64,000 nt of DNA from Parcubacteria group bacterium Gr01-1014_3 (GTDB lineage: Bacteria > Patescibacteriota > Minisyncoccia > UBA6257 > WO2-44-18), in contig VMGF01000001.1 of the NCBI GenBank assembly GCA_007376445.1, positions 188,203-252,202 on the forward strand, written 5' to 3'. Position 1 is the first letter of the stretch; each line of letters starts with the position of its first letter. The position numbers and the translations under genes were made by a program. Below, one piece after another: positions 54,030-63,445 of this stretch. The notes under the pieces are model-generated. The model ran no database searches. It was not told the origin of the DNA and worked only from the letters and a program-made list of their open reading frames with translations.

Positions 54030-54180
54030 TTGATCTGTGGGCGGGAATTCTTCTTAGACACTTTGGATGGCCTGGCTCCGGCTGGACCACTCCTCGGAAT
54101 AATTCTAACCTCTTTTAAAATTTATTTTAGAAGAGTCTCTACTTTTTGCCTCTAACCGGGCATTTTGCCCACAGATCAAT
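54030..54180 (+). other. 151-nt region closed by a perfect 14-bp inverted repeat (ATTGATCTGTGGGC), downstream of the orphan promoter; sRNA candidate
   Basis: IR arms at 54029-54042 and 54167-54180. Confidence 0.3.
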
Positions 54181-54305
54181 GTTCTCAACTCGAAAATCCT
54201 TGAATTTTAAATTTCCAATTTTAAATTTTTAATGAATGATTTAATTTTGAAATTTATAAATTAATTTAAAATTAAAAATTTAGAATTTAAAATTATTCAA
54301 AGAAA

Positions 54306-55979
54306 TTAATATTGTAAAGGTCCAGTGACGCCTTCCACTTCCTCGAAGGTAGTAAGACCAGTAATCACTTTCAAAATTCCATCTTGTTGCAGGGTAACCA
54401 TGCCCTGTTTGACGGATTGTTGCTGAACTTTCAACTCGGAAACATCCGGCTTGATCAAATCCTCCATTTCATCGCCCACTTCCATCAGTTCCATTAAAGC
54501 TACCCGGCCACGATAACCCATCCCGCTGCATTTCGGGCAGCCTTTTGGTTTAAACATCTCAACTTTTTTATAATCACCCTTATTAACCCGGGCGGGAAGA
54601 CCGTTTAAGAACTTTTTGATCTTGGTCGCATCCGCGTCGGAAACTTTTTCCGGAAGTTTACACTCGCAAAGCCGGCGAACTAAACGCTGAGCAATAATTA
54701 AATTCACCGCCGTACCAATACTGGCGGCTTTTACACCTAAGTCTAAAAATCTCGGAATCGCGCCGGCGGCGGAGTTGGCGTGAACCGTGGAAAATACCAA
54801 ATGACCGGTTAAGGCGGCCTGAATGGCGATCTCGGCCGTTTCTTTGTCGCGTACCTCACCTACCAGGATCACATCCGGGTCTTGGCGCATCAGCGAACGA
54901 AGACCACTCGCGAAGGTATATCCCGCTTCCGGCTTTACCTGGGTCTGCTCGATGTCCTCGAGGCGATATTCGATTGGATCTTCAATAGTAATGATCTTAG
55001 TTTCCGGATCCCGTTTGTGCAGTAAAAAAGCATAAAGCGTGGTCGTCTTGCCGGAGCCGGTCGGACCGGTGTTCAAGATCATGCCGTTCGGTTGTTTGAG
55101 CTCGGTTTCGATAATAGCGAGATCGTCGTTACGCAAACCAAGCTGCTGGAGCGAAAGCTGGATGCCCGATGGGTCTAGCACGCGCATTACGACGGCTTCG
55201 CCGAACTCGGAAGGGTTAATGGAGACACGGATCTCAATTTCTTTTTTCGGAAGCGCGATCGTGAAGCGGCCATCTTGCGGCGCGTCGGCCACGTTAAGTT
55301 TTAAATTAGAAAGTAGCTTGATGCGGGAAAGTAAAAATCTATAAATATCCTTAGAAAGGTCCGGAACGATATCATGGAGCAGTCCATCAATGCGGTAACG
55401 TAGACGAACGCCGTGTTCCTCAGCTTCAAAGTGAATATCTGAAGCCCGGTTGGAAATCGCGCCAGCCAGCGCGACCTCGAGGATCTGCCCAGTCTGGAAA
55501 GTTTTAAAATCAAAGTCCGTGATCGCTTTTTTAACTTTTTGAATATCGGTAAGCTCGGCGGTGAGTTCGTTGAATTTTTTTTCTTCAATATTTACTTTGC
55601 CGGTAATATTTTCCGAGACCTCGCCGACGTATTTATAATAAGTCCAAGCATAAGAGAGAGCACTCGCGGAGACCACGAATAATTTTACTTGATAACCATC
55701 GGCCTGAAGTTTTTTTACCAGATCTGAAACCGCGGAAGCGGCCGGATCCACCACGGCCAGCGCCAACTCTTTCGCTTTTAATTGAAAAGGCGCGACCTGA
55801 AGACGGCGCGCCTCTTTCTCGGAAACTATTTTCAAAGCATCCACCTGAACCGGAGAAGTGGATAGGTTTAAATACGACAGCTTGGCCTGCTGCGCTGTCT
55901 TTTCAGCCGCTTTTTCTTCAGCCTCACGGCGAATCTTAGCCAACTGATCATTCAGTCCTAGTTTTGGATCCGGAACCAT
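54306..55979 (-). CDS. pilB: type IV pilus / T2SS assembly ATPase (PilB/GspE family)
   Basis: N-terminal GSPII_E domain, Walker A GPTGSGKTTTLYA, C-terminal Zn finger CPKCSGMGYRGR. Confidence 0.85.
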   Translation of the reverse strand: MVPDPKLGLNDQLAKIRREAEEKAAEKTAQQAKLSYLNLSTSPVQVDALKIVSEKEARRLQVAPFQLKAKELALAVVDPAASAVSDLVKKLQADGYQVKLFVVSASALSYAWTYYKYVGEVSENITGKVNIEEKKFNELTAELTDIQKVKKAITDFDFKTFQTGQILEVALAGAISNRASDIHFEAEEHGVRLRYRIDGLLHDIVPDLSKDIYRFLLSRIKLLSNLKLNVADAPQDGRFTIALPKKEIEIRVSINPSEFGEAVVMRVLDPSGIQLSLQQLGLRNDDLAIIETELKQPNGMILNTGPTGSGKTTTLYAFLLHKRDPETKIITIEDPIEYRLEDIEQTQVKPEAGYTFASGLRSLMRQDPDVILVGEVRDKETAEIAIQAALTGHLVFSTVHANSAAGAIPRFLDLGVKAASIGTAVNLIIAQRLVRRLCECKLPEKVSDADATKIKKFLNGLPARVNKGDYKKVEMFKPKGCPKCSGMGYRGRVALMELMEVGDEMEDLIKPDVSELKVQQQSVKQGMVTLQQDGILKVITGLTTFEEVEGVTGPLQY

Positions 55980-56048
55980 AAAATTAGAAGAGTCTCTAAA
56001 TAAAGAGTATCGTGCTTTTTAATAGCTGACAAGCCAAATCACAAGTAG

Positions 56049-56077
56049 TTTGACTTTTTTTCAAGAGTATGCTATAA
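56049..56077 (+). promoter_or_regulatory. promoter TTGACT-N17-TATAAT for the lipoprotein gene
   Basis: Consensus spacing. Confidence 0.45.
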
Positions 56078-56116
56078 TCTCCTGGTAACTTAACAACTAC
56101 TTTTGGGAGGTGCCAG

Positions 56117-56461
56117 ATGAAAATCGTGATGCTGGCGCTGATGGGCCTGTCGCTCATTGGCTGTGGCCTGATCTCGATCGACACCGACATCCCGTTGATG
56201 TTCGGTTGCCAGATCAACGTGTTCAACGACTCCGGCTTCGTGCTGGAAATCCGGCGCAACGGCCGGCTCGTCGACTGGGTCAACCCAGGAGAGTCATATC
56301 AGGTGCGAGTGCCTTACGGACGTTCGTGTCTGATGGTGCTCGCCAAAGATGAGTGCCATGAAGTTGTCGGTACGGCTTCGTATCGGTACTGGTACGATGG
56401 TCAGCGTCCCGTCTGCGAACAGTGGGTCGTGAGCAGTAATGACCTTCGGGCGAGGCCGTAG
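56117..56461 (+). CDS. small lipoprotein (GC-rich islet)
   Basis: Signal + lipobox LIGC; GGGAGG RBS. Confidence 0.5.
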   Translation: MKIVMLALMGLSLIGCGLISIDTDIPLMFGCQINVFNDSGFVLEIRRNGRLVDWVNPGESYQVRVPYGRSCLMVLAKDECHEVVGTASYRYWYDGQRPVCEQWVVSSNDLRARP

Positions 56462-56474
56462 GCAGGTGGAATTG

Positions 56475-56551
56475 GGGGGAGTGACGGAACAGGCATACGT
56501 ACCGGGTTTAAAACTCGGGTTTTGTGGGTTCAATTCCCACCTCCCCTACCA
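56475..56551 (+). tRNA. tRNA-like element, 74 nt + encoded CCA; anticodon reads UAA on a class-I scaffold; possible foreign or pseudo tRNA
   Basis: Acceptor GGGGGAG/CTCCCCT (G1-U72), weak D-stem ACGG/ACGT, anticodon stem CCGGG/CTCGG with loop TTTAAAA, T-arm GTGGG-TTCAATT-CCCAC, discriminator A, CCA. Confidence 0.35.
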
Positions 56552-56708
56552 CCGAGGGTTCATCTGGTCATCCGACCGGATGTGGAGTCGGATGACTCCA
56601 CAATTCCCCTCCTGGCCATTCCCCGAAACAAGAAAGGCTAAACCTAATTCGCTATGTGGCGAATTAGGTCGCCCGATCAAATCAGTGATTTGATTTAGGG
56701 AGAAGCGC

Positions 56709-56876
56709 ATGCTCAAGGTGAAGATCTTTGCTGGACATTACGAAAAACTCGAAGAAGAGATGAATAAGTGGCTCTCACAACAAGAACGCATCAAGATTGA
56801 CAAGGTCATGACGAAGACAACGGTAGATACCAGATGGCTGGTCATCGTCATCCTCTACCGCGATGGTGGAAGCTAG
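56709..56876 (+). CDS. small hypothetical protein (55 aa, GC-rich islet)
   Basis: AGGGAG RBS; MLKVKIFAGHYEKLEEEMNKW...; under the ORF-track size cut-off. Confidence 0.35.
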   Translation: MLKVKIFAGHYEKLEEEMNKWLSQQERIKIDKVMTKTTVDTRWLVIVILYRDGGS

Positions 56877-56889
56877 AAAGGAGAAACGA

Positions 56890-57123
56890 ATGATCCATTA
56901 TTGGATGGACGGCAAGATTCCGGTGCAAGTACCGGAAGAGGACGTGGAGATCGCAAAACTCTACGTCCAGGAAGGCAAGCCGCGAATGGAAATCATCAAG
57001 ATGTTCGTCGCGGCCTACAAGGCAGAGGATCCGGAACACAAGAACTGGAGCTTCGGAAGAAAAACCGAGCGCGCGGTGTGCGTCGCCCATGTGGCAGAAC
57101 AACAGCTCGGCATCGTAAGGTAG
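56890..57123 (+). CDS. small hypothetical protein (77 aa, GC-rich islet)
   Basis: GAAAGGAG RBS; followed by a terminator. Confidence 0.4.
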   Translation: MIHYWMDGKIPVQVPEEDVEIAKLYVQEGKPRMEIIKMFVAAYKAEDPEHKNWSFGRKTERAVCVAHVAEQQLGIVR

Positions 57124-57125
57124 TA

Positions 57126-57158
57126 ATAGCCCGCTCAGAAATGAGCGGGTTTTTTATT
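57126..57158 (+). terminator. hairpin agcccgctcagaaatgagcgggtttttt
   Basis: 9-bp stem + T-run. Confidence 0.7.
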
Positions 57159-57219
57159 GACGGTCATTAAACAAATCCACTTTATAGACTTTATAAACTT
57201 TCGACTTTAGACTAGGGGT

Positions 57220-57705
57220 ATGAAGATCCTAGGTATTGATCCCGGAAGCACCCGAATCGGTTATGGAATTATAGAAGATGCCGTAGGCTTGAAGCTCCTT
57301 GATTATGGAGTTTTAGAAATCAAAGAAAATAATTTGCCCAGCCGGCTCAATCGGTTGTCAGTTTTATTTGATGAACTTATTAAAAAACATCGACCAGAAC
57401 TGGCGGGCGTAGAAAAAATATTCTTTGCTAAAAACACCAAGACCGCCATCGATGTATCGCATTCCCGCGGAGTCATACTCGCGGCCATACAGAAGAATCA
57501 GATTCCGATCATGGAGTTCACTCCGAATGAAGTTAAGCTGGCTGTTTCCGGGTATGGATTGTCGGATAAAAAAGCGGTGGCTAAAATGGTGATGCGAATA
57601 TTAAATTTAAAAGAGCTTAAAGGATATGACGATGCCAGCGACGCGATCGCGATAGCGCTGACAACGGCTTTTAATAAAAAGCTGGCTGGACTTGCCAGGA
57701 AGTAG
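57220..57705 (+). CDS. ruvC: crossover-junction endodeoxyribonuclease RuvC
   Basis: MKILGIDPGSTRIGYGIIE, RNase H-like fold. Confidence 0.9.
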   Translation: MKILGIDPGSTRIGYGIIEDAVGLKLLDYGVLEIKENNLPSRLNRLSVLFDELIKKHRPELAGVEKIFFAKNTKTAIDVSHSRGVILAAIQKNQIPIMEFTPNEVKLAVSGYGLSDKKAVAKMVMRILNLKELKGYDDASDAIAIALTTAFNKKLAGLARK

Positions 57706-57961
57706 AAGTTCGACCGTTTTGGAATGCGCTCGCGAAGCGAGAAGTCGAACTTTCACTTCCTGGCTTGCTTAAATGGGGGTTGACCCCGCACCTTTCCAAG
57801 GGCATTATCCAAATTGGGTGCTACCCTTGGAAAGGTGCGGGGTTGACAGTAAAATGAGTTTATATATAATTCACCTAATAAATTACATTTAAAACCAGGT
57901 AGTAGAAGTTCGATCGCTTTGAATGCCTCGCGAAGCGAGAAATCGAACTTTCACTACCTGG
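57694..57961. repeat. composite palindromic repeat cluster: two ~70-bp hairpin repeats (57694-57764 and 57895-57961) flanking a 23-bp-arm hairpin (57779-57847) that matches the GIY-YIG-element IR
   Basis: ccaggaagtagaagttcgac...gtcgaactttcacttcctgg twice; ggttgaccccgcacctttccaagg / ccttggaaaggtgcggggttgac. Confidence 0.65.
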
Positions 57962-58004
57962 AAAAGGTCGCGAACAAATTTCTATATCTATAAAACAAGT
58001 TTCC

Positions 58005-58172
58005 ATGCTTTTAGAAATTGAAAACGCCCGCAAAGCCAAGAAGCCTGATGGCGATGAGGGTATCGATGATGGCGTTAGCACAGGCGGTGGCAGTACAGAC
58101 GAGGAAGAACTTGGTGATGAGCTCGTAGAAGATGCGGAAGAGCTCTCCGAAGACGAAGAAGGGATACAATAG
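58005..58172 (+). CDS. possible small acidic protein (50 aa)
   Basis: ORF followed by terminator hairpin caaaacctccatttaggaggttttg at 58178-58204. Confidence 0.3.
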   Translation: MLLEIENARKAKKPDGDEGIDDGVSTGGGSTDEEELGDELVEDAEELSEDEEGIQ

Positions 58173-58233
58173 CGCTCAAAACCTCCATTTAGGAGGTTTT
58201 GACTTTTTTAGACTATAATGTGTATATATACCA

Positions 58234-60621
58234 ATGCGTAAGATCGTTATATATGGTGGTGGGGCTATTTTTGGCTTTTTTTTAATCGGCGTAATCAGTT
58301 TTTTTGTGATCACCAGCGACCTTCCAGGCCCGGAAATTTTGAGCAGCCGGCAGGTTTCGGAATCCACTAAGATCTACGACCGGACCGGGGAAGTTTTGCT
58401 GTACGAAATTCACGGAGAAGAAAAACGAACCTTGGTGCCGCTGGAAAAAATCCCAGAAGTCGTAAAGCAAGCCACGATCGCTATTGAAGATGTGAACTTT
58501 TATAATCACGGCGCTTTTGACCTGAAGGCTCTGCTCCGGGCAGTTTATTCCAACCTGACCGATGGCTACGGTAGTCAGGGCGGCTCCACGATCACCCAAC
58601 AACTGGCGAAAAAAGCTTTCTTGTCCGATGAGAAAAAACTCACCAGAAAGATCCGAGAATTGGTTCTCGCTATAAGGTTAGAAAAAGAATTCACCAAAGA
58701 TGAAATTTTAACTCTTTATCTGAATCAGATCCCGTATGGCTCAAACGCTTACGGCATCCAGGCCGCGGCGCAAACTTATTTTTCTAAAAATGTAGAAGCT
58801 TTAACTCTGCCCGAAGCAGCTATTCTAGCCAGCTTGCCGCAAGCGCCGTCTTATTATTCGCCGTGGGGCGCGAATTATCAGGAGCTGCTTGATCGTAAAG
58901 ACACGGTTCTGGAGAAAATGTTCCAGCTCGGTTATATCGATGAAAAAACCAAAGATCAGGCTATAAAACAAAAGTTAAATTTCTCTTCCCGCTCGGTGGG
59001 CATTAAAGCTCCGCATTTCGTCGTCGCGGTCCAGGATTATCTTAATGAAAAATACGGCGAAGGCTTCGTGCAAACCGCCGGACTGAAGGTTATCACCACT
59101 TTAGACTGGACCCTTCAGCAGATCGCGGAACGGGTCGTTTATGACGGCGCTAAACGCAACGAAGAGTTGTATGCCGGCAAGAACGCGGCTCTGGTGGCTC
59201 AAGACGCGACTACTGGCCAGATTTTGGCGATGGTCGGCTCTAGAGATTATTTCGAAGAGGGAGTCGGAAATTTTAACGTCGCCACTCAGGGATTGCGCCA
59301 GCCGGGTTCCACGATCAAGCCATTCGCTTATCTAGCCGCTTTTAAAAAAGGCTTTACGCCGGACACGATGGTCTTCGATCTGGAAACTGAATTTGACGCG
59401 ACCGGCGATCCGGAAAAAAGTTATAAGCCGCAAAACTTCGATGAAATATTCCGGGGTCCGGTTACTTTACGCCAAGCGCTCGGCCAATCAATCAATATTC
59501 CCTCAATCAAAACACTTTATTTAGCCGGTATCGATAATTTACTAAAACTTTTAAAGACTTTCGGCGTAACCACGCTCACCGAGCGAAGCCGTTATGGTTT
59601 ATCTTTAGTTCTCGGCGGCGGCGAGATGAAATTAAATGAGATCGTCGGGGCTTATTCGGTCTTCGCCCAGGAAGGCATTTACCATAAACAAGCGATGGTT
59701 CTTTCGGTCGCTCAAAACGGAAAGATGCTGGAGCAATATTCTGATGAATCGGAGCAAGTCATCGAATCGCAATATACTCGCTTGATCACCGATATTTTAA
59801 CTGACATCGATATTCGTTCCGGTTTATTTGGCGGAAGTTTAGGGTTAACGATGTTTCCAAATCATGAAGTAGCGATGAAAACCGGTACGACCAATGATTA
59901 TCGCGATGCTTGGACAATCGGCTACACGCCGTCGTTCGTAGTCGGCGTCTGGGCCGGTAACAACGATAACGCTCCGATGCAAAAACGCGGTAGCAGTCTT
60001 TTAGCCGCCGTTCCGATCTGGAGCGCTTTCCTCCGGGAAGCTTTACCAACCCAGCCGACCACGACTTTTAGCCGTCCCGATCCGATCTTCACCGATAAAC
60101 CGATGCTAAACGGCCAGTATATCGTTAATTACTCCGTGGCCGGCCAGAATTATCCACAGATCCATGATCTTCTTTACTATGTGGATAAAAGCGATCCGTT
60201 AGGTCCGGCGCCGGCGAATCCGGAAGAAGATTCTCAATTTACCAACTGGGAAGATCCGGTAATTGAATGGGCCAAGACTCATCTGCCTAATTTTGATACT
60301 TATAATCGCCCGGTTCCTAGTAATGCCACCGCGCAAGTTTCGGAAGAAATCATCAGTAATAATATTATTTCTCCAAAAAACGGATCTTTTCTTAAAAATC
60401 CTCTTTCGGTTTACGCGGAAATAAAAACAAACTTAAATATTAAAACAGTAGAGGTTTATTTTAATAACCAATTAATAGATCGGGTTTTGAATGTCGGGAA
60501 ATATTATATTTACACTAAAAACCTCTCGCTTCAGAATATTGAACTTCAGAATACTTTAAAAATCCTAGTATTAGACGAACTGAATAATAAATCGGAGAAA
60601 GAAATTATTCTCTATAAATAA
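58234..60621 (+). CDS. class A penicillin-binding protein (transglycosylase + transpeptidase)
   Basis: N-terminal TM anchor, GT51 motifs (IAIEDVNFYNHGAFD), SxxK/SxN-type transpeptidase domain. Confidence 0.85.
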   Translation: MRKIVIYGGGAIFGFFLIGVISFFVITSDLPGPEILSSRQVSESTKIYDRTGEVLLYEIHGEEKRTLVPLEKIPEVVKQATIAIEDVNFYNHGAFDLKALLRAVYSNLTDGYGSQGGSTITQQLAKKAFLSDEKKLTRKIRELVLAIRLEKEFTKDEILTLYLNQIPYGSNAYGIQAAAQTYFSKNVEALTLPEAAILASLPQAPSYYSPWGANYQELLDRKDTVLEKMFQLGYIDEKTKDQAIKQKLNFSSRSVGIKAPHFVVAVQDYLNEKYGEGFVQTAGLKVITTLDWTLQQIAERVVYDGAKRNEELYAGKNAALVAQDATTGQILAMVGSRDYFEEGVGNFNVATQGLRQPGSTIKPFAYLAAFKKGFTPDTMVFDLETEFDATGDPEKSYKPQNFDEIFRGPVTLRQALGQSINIPSIKTLYLAGIDNLLKLLKTFGVTTLTERSRYGLSLVLGGGEMKLNEIVGAYSVFAQEGIYHKQAMVLSVAQNGKMLEQYSDESEQVIESQYTRLITDILTDIDIRSGLFGGSLGLTMFPNHEVAMKTGTTNDYRDAWTIGYTPSFVVGVWAGNNDNAPMQKRGSSLLAAVPIWSAFLREALPTQPTTTFSRPDPIFTDKPMLNGQYIVNYSVAGQNYPQIHDLLYYVDKSDPLGPAPANPEEDSQFTNWEDPVIEWAKTHLPNFDTYNRPVPSNATAQVSEEIISNNIISPKNGSFLKNPLSVYAEIKTNLNIKTVEVYFNNQLIDRVLNVGKYYIYTKNLSLQNIELQNTLKILVLDELNNKSEKEIILYK

Positions 60622-60625
60622 ACTC

Positions 60626-60700
60626 CACTAATATACGAATATAGCGCTAATATACTAATACATAAATTCGAATATTCGTGCTTGATTAGTATATTCGTTG
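60626..60700. repeat. MITE-like repeat copy C, filling the convergent PBP / dnaN gap exactly
   Basis: cactaatatacgaatatagcgctaatatactaat...gtgcttgattagtatattcg. Confidence 0.55.
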
Positions 60701-60702
60701 AG

Positions 60703-61818
60703 TTACACCGATTTGATCGGCATCAAAATATAACTATAAGACTCGTCCTCCGGAGATTTAATATTCGCCGGTTTAACACTGCCGTTGATTCCAAATAAAA
60801 GATTTTCCGAATCCACCGCTTTCAAACCATCCATCAGATAACGCCAGTTGAAAGATATTTCGCTGACTTTCTCTCCTTTTATTTTCGCCGGGATCAGATA
60901 TTTGTTTTCTCCCAAAGACTGGCTCACGGAATAAATCTCCACCACCTTCGATCCTTCGTCTATTTTTAATTTAATATCGTTGGTCCGGCCGGCGAAGTTA
61001 CTAACTAGTTTTAAAGCATTCACTAGATAATCTTTATTTAAAATAATCTCCGTTTCGATTCCTTTTGGAATGATCTGTTCGTAGTCAGGATAATCCCCGT
61101 CTATAATCCTTGAAATTAGCTCTAATTCCTCGTTTTTAAAAAGAATCTGCGTATTATCCATATAGATCTTAATCGGCTGATTATCGCCAAAAATACGCAC
61201 AACTTCCGAGATAGTTTTTAATGGCACAATCACTTTAAAACCATGATTAAAATTGTGTTTGAATTGATTGGTATTGATCGTTTTATAGGCCAAACGGAAA
61301 GCATCAGTTGCCACTAGTTTCATCAGGGTCATCTGAAAATCGATCAAAACCCCGCTGATCTCTGGCCTAATTTCGGAAATTTGAGCCGCGCTAACCACTT
61401 TAAACACCCCGTCTTTAAAGATCGGCGCCTCTATTTCCATATTGTAATCCTCGTTCTCAATCTTCGGAATGATTGGGAACTCTTCCTCTGTAACTCCTTG
61501 GATCTTGGCTTCGTAATTATCGGTTTTGAAAATAAGGGTATTATTTTTCGTCTCAAGATTGATCCTTTCGCTGTCGGTATTATTAACAATGCTATATAAA
61601 GTCGAGAATGGCACAGTAATGCCGCCTTCTTCGATGATCTTTCCGGAAGTGAATTTCGTAATGCCTAATTCTAGATTGGTCGCCGCGATCTTAATTTTAT
61701 TATTATAAGTTTTAATTAAAACGTTCCTTAAAATCGGTAAATTATTATTATCCGATACAGCCCTCTCAACGGCTGACAATCCTTCTTTTAAATTACTTCT
61801 TAGGATGATGAGTTTCAT
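60703..61818 (-). CDS. dnaN: DNA polymerase III beta sliding clamp
   Basis: MKLIILRSNLKEGLSAVERAV...; three-domain clamp; located beside dnaA. Confidence 0.9.
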   Translation of the reverse strand: MKLIILRSNLKEGLSAVERAVSDNNNLPILRNVLIKTYNNKIKIAATNLELGITKFTSGKIIEEGGITVPFSTLYSIVNNTDSERINLETKNNTLIFKTDNYEAKIQGVTEEEFPIIPKIENEDYNMEIEAPIFKDGVFKVVSAAQISEIRPEISGVLIDFQMTLMKLVATDAFRLAYKTINTNQFKHNFNHGFKVIVPLKTISEVVRIFGDNQPIKIYMDNTQILFKNEELELISRIIDGDYPDYEQIIPKGIETEIILNKDYLVNALKLVSNFAGRTNDIKLKIDEGSKVVEIYSVSQSLGENKYLIPAKIKGEKVSEISFNWRYLMDGLKAVDSENLLFGINGSVKPANIKSPEDESYSYILMPIKSV

Positions 61819-62019
61819 TCTCTTAGTATTATTATTTATTTAATATAAAGAATTAGTAGTAGTAGTACTAGTAACTGTGGATTTGTGTATAAGTCTTTTT
61901 CTTCATAGCTAGTCTGGTTTAATTTGATTTAGAATTTCCGGTTAGTCTGTTAATAATTTTCGGATACTGTTTATAACTTCCGGGTTTCATGAAATTCATT
62001 GAAGTTATCCCCAAAATTA
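61819..62019. promoter_or_regulatory. candidate oriC segment (dnaA-dnaN spacer) with an AT-rich unwinding element and imperfect DnaA boxes
   Basis: tattattatttatttaatataaag; TGTGGATTT and TTATCCCCA box-like 9-mers. Confidence 0.4.
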
Positions 62020-63381
62020 TTAACTTTTTACTAACTTTTCTTTAATCATCAGAATTTTATGGTTCAACCCGGTATTTTTGTTGATTTCCTGGTTAATTTT
62101 CTCGAAAGCGTACATCGCGGTGGTGTGATCTCTCTTCCCCAGCTTATCCCCAATAAAAGGAAACGAAAGATCTAACATGTCACGCAATAAAAACATCGCC
62201 ACTTGCCTTGGTTCCACTATTTCCTTCTTGCGGCACCGGCCGATAAGGTCTTTGTCGGAAATATCGTAGAATTCCGCCACTGCCTTTATAACCATCGCCG
62301 GATTAGTTTGGCTACCGACGTCCTGAACGTTCTCGCTGATGATCTGATCGACGATCTTTGAGGTTACCGGCATGTTTTTAGCCTGCTGATAGAATACTAT
62401 CCGGTTCAAAATGCCCTCCAATTCACGGAAATTCTTCTTAACCTTAGTCGCCACCTGATCAATGATCTCTGGAGCGATCACCATCTCCTTTTCGGTCATT
62501 TTTGACTTCAAAACTGCCAATCTAAGCTCATAATCCGGCTGACCGATGTCGCAGATCATTCCACCCTCAAAACGTGAGCGCAGGCGCTCCTGGAGCGTTG
62601 GGATGTAGTTTGGCGAGCGGTCCGAGGAGATGATGATCTGTTTATTGTTTTCGTATAAAGCGTTGAAGGTATGAAAGAACTCTTCCTCGGTCCGGGTCTT
62701 GCCGCCGATGAACTGAATATCATCGATGATCAGCACGTCTACCATCCGGTATTTTTCCTTGATAGTTTCCATCCGCTTATTTCGCATCGCCCAAATTACT
62801 TCATTAGTGAACTTCTCGGACGGAACATATTTAACCTTTATTTTGTTTTGAGATAAATTCTTTATTTCATTTCCGATTCCCTGGATCAAATGAGTCTTTC
62901 CCACGCCAACACCGCCATAAATAAACAATGGATTGTACTTTTTACCGGTGTCTTTGATGATCGCGAGCGCGGCCGCGTAGCACATTTCATTTGCCGATCC
63001 GACTACGAAGGAACTTAACGAGTAGCGAGGATTAAGATTGGTTTCCGGATCAACTTTCATCTCGTTGAAGATCATTTGGTTGGAGGCATCCACCGGCTTT
63101 GAAGCTTGTTGGACGATCTGTTTAGGCGGATTGTTCTTGTTGTGTACGATAAACTCCACCTTCTTGGTGGTGTCGTCGATATTCCTTAAAATTCCTAGAA
63201 TTGTTTTGGAATATTTTTGCTCCACCCACTCTTTCGCGAAAGTGCTGGGAAAACTTATCAAAACTCCCCCGTCTTGTTTTTCCAATAACTGGCTGTTGCG
63301 AAACCAAGTAATAAAATTAGCTTTTGAAACTTGTAATTCAATTTCAGCTAAAGCTTTTTTCCAAAATTCATCGAGCTCCAT
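62020..63381 (-). CDS. dnaA: chromosomal replication initiator DnaA
   Basis: GGVGVGKTHLIQ Walker A, AAA+ sensor motifs, C-terminal DNA-binding domain; start taken at MELDEFWKK because the 49-codon upstream extension is AT-rich noncoding with a DnaA box. Confidence 0.9.
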   Translation of the reverse strand: MELDEFWKKALAEIELQVSKANFITWFRNSQLLEKQDGGVLISFPSTFAKEWVEQKYSKTILGILRNIDDTTKKVEFIVHNKNNPPKQIVQQASKPVDASNQMIFNEMKVDPETNLNPRYSLSSFVVGSANEMCYAAALAIIKDTGKKYNPLFIYGGVGVGKTHLIQGIGNEIKNLSQNKIKVKYVPSEKFTNEVIWAMRNKRMETIKEKYRMVDVLIIDDIQFIGGKTRTEEEFFHTFNALYENNKQIIISSDRSPNYIPTLQERLRSRFEGGMICDIGQPDYELRLAVLKSKMTEKEMVIAPEIIDQVATKVKKNFRELEGILNRIVFYQQAKNMPVTSKIVDQIISENVQDVGSQTNPAMVIKAVAEFYDISDKDLIGRCRKKEIVEPRQVAMFLLRDMLDLSFPFIGDKLGKRDHTTAMYAFEKINQEINKNTGLNHKILMIKEKLVKS

Positions 63382-63436
63382 GTTTTTTATTCTATTCTTG
63401 TTTAGATAAGTAATGAAACTAAGAAACTTAATAATC

Positions 63437-63445
63437 TGTGCACTA
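63437..63445. promoter_or_regulatory. perfect DnaA box (TTATCCACA on the minus strand) in the dnaA / rpmH divergent region
   Basis: tgtggataa. Confidence 0.5.

Noticed and set aside
53891-54305. RNase P RNA or SRP RNA in the 415-bp ruvB-pilB spacer
   Set aside because: Neither the RNase P P4 consensus (AGGAAAGTCCGGGCTCC-like) nor the SRP domain IV motif (GGAAGCAGCC-like) is present. It is kept only as a generic sRNA candidate.
56475-56551. Calling the GC-rich cloverleaf a bona fide tRNA-Leu(UAA)
   Set aside because: Anticodon UAA with a short variable arm and a 3-bp D-stem with a mismatch is not a canonical tRNA-Leu. It is reported as tRNA-like or pseudo-tRNA at low confidence.
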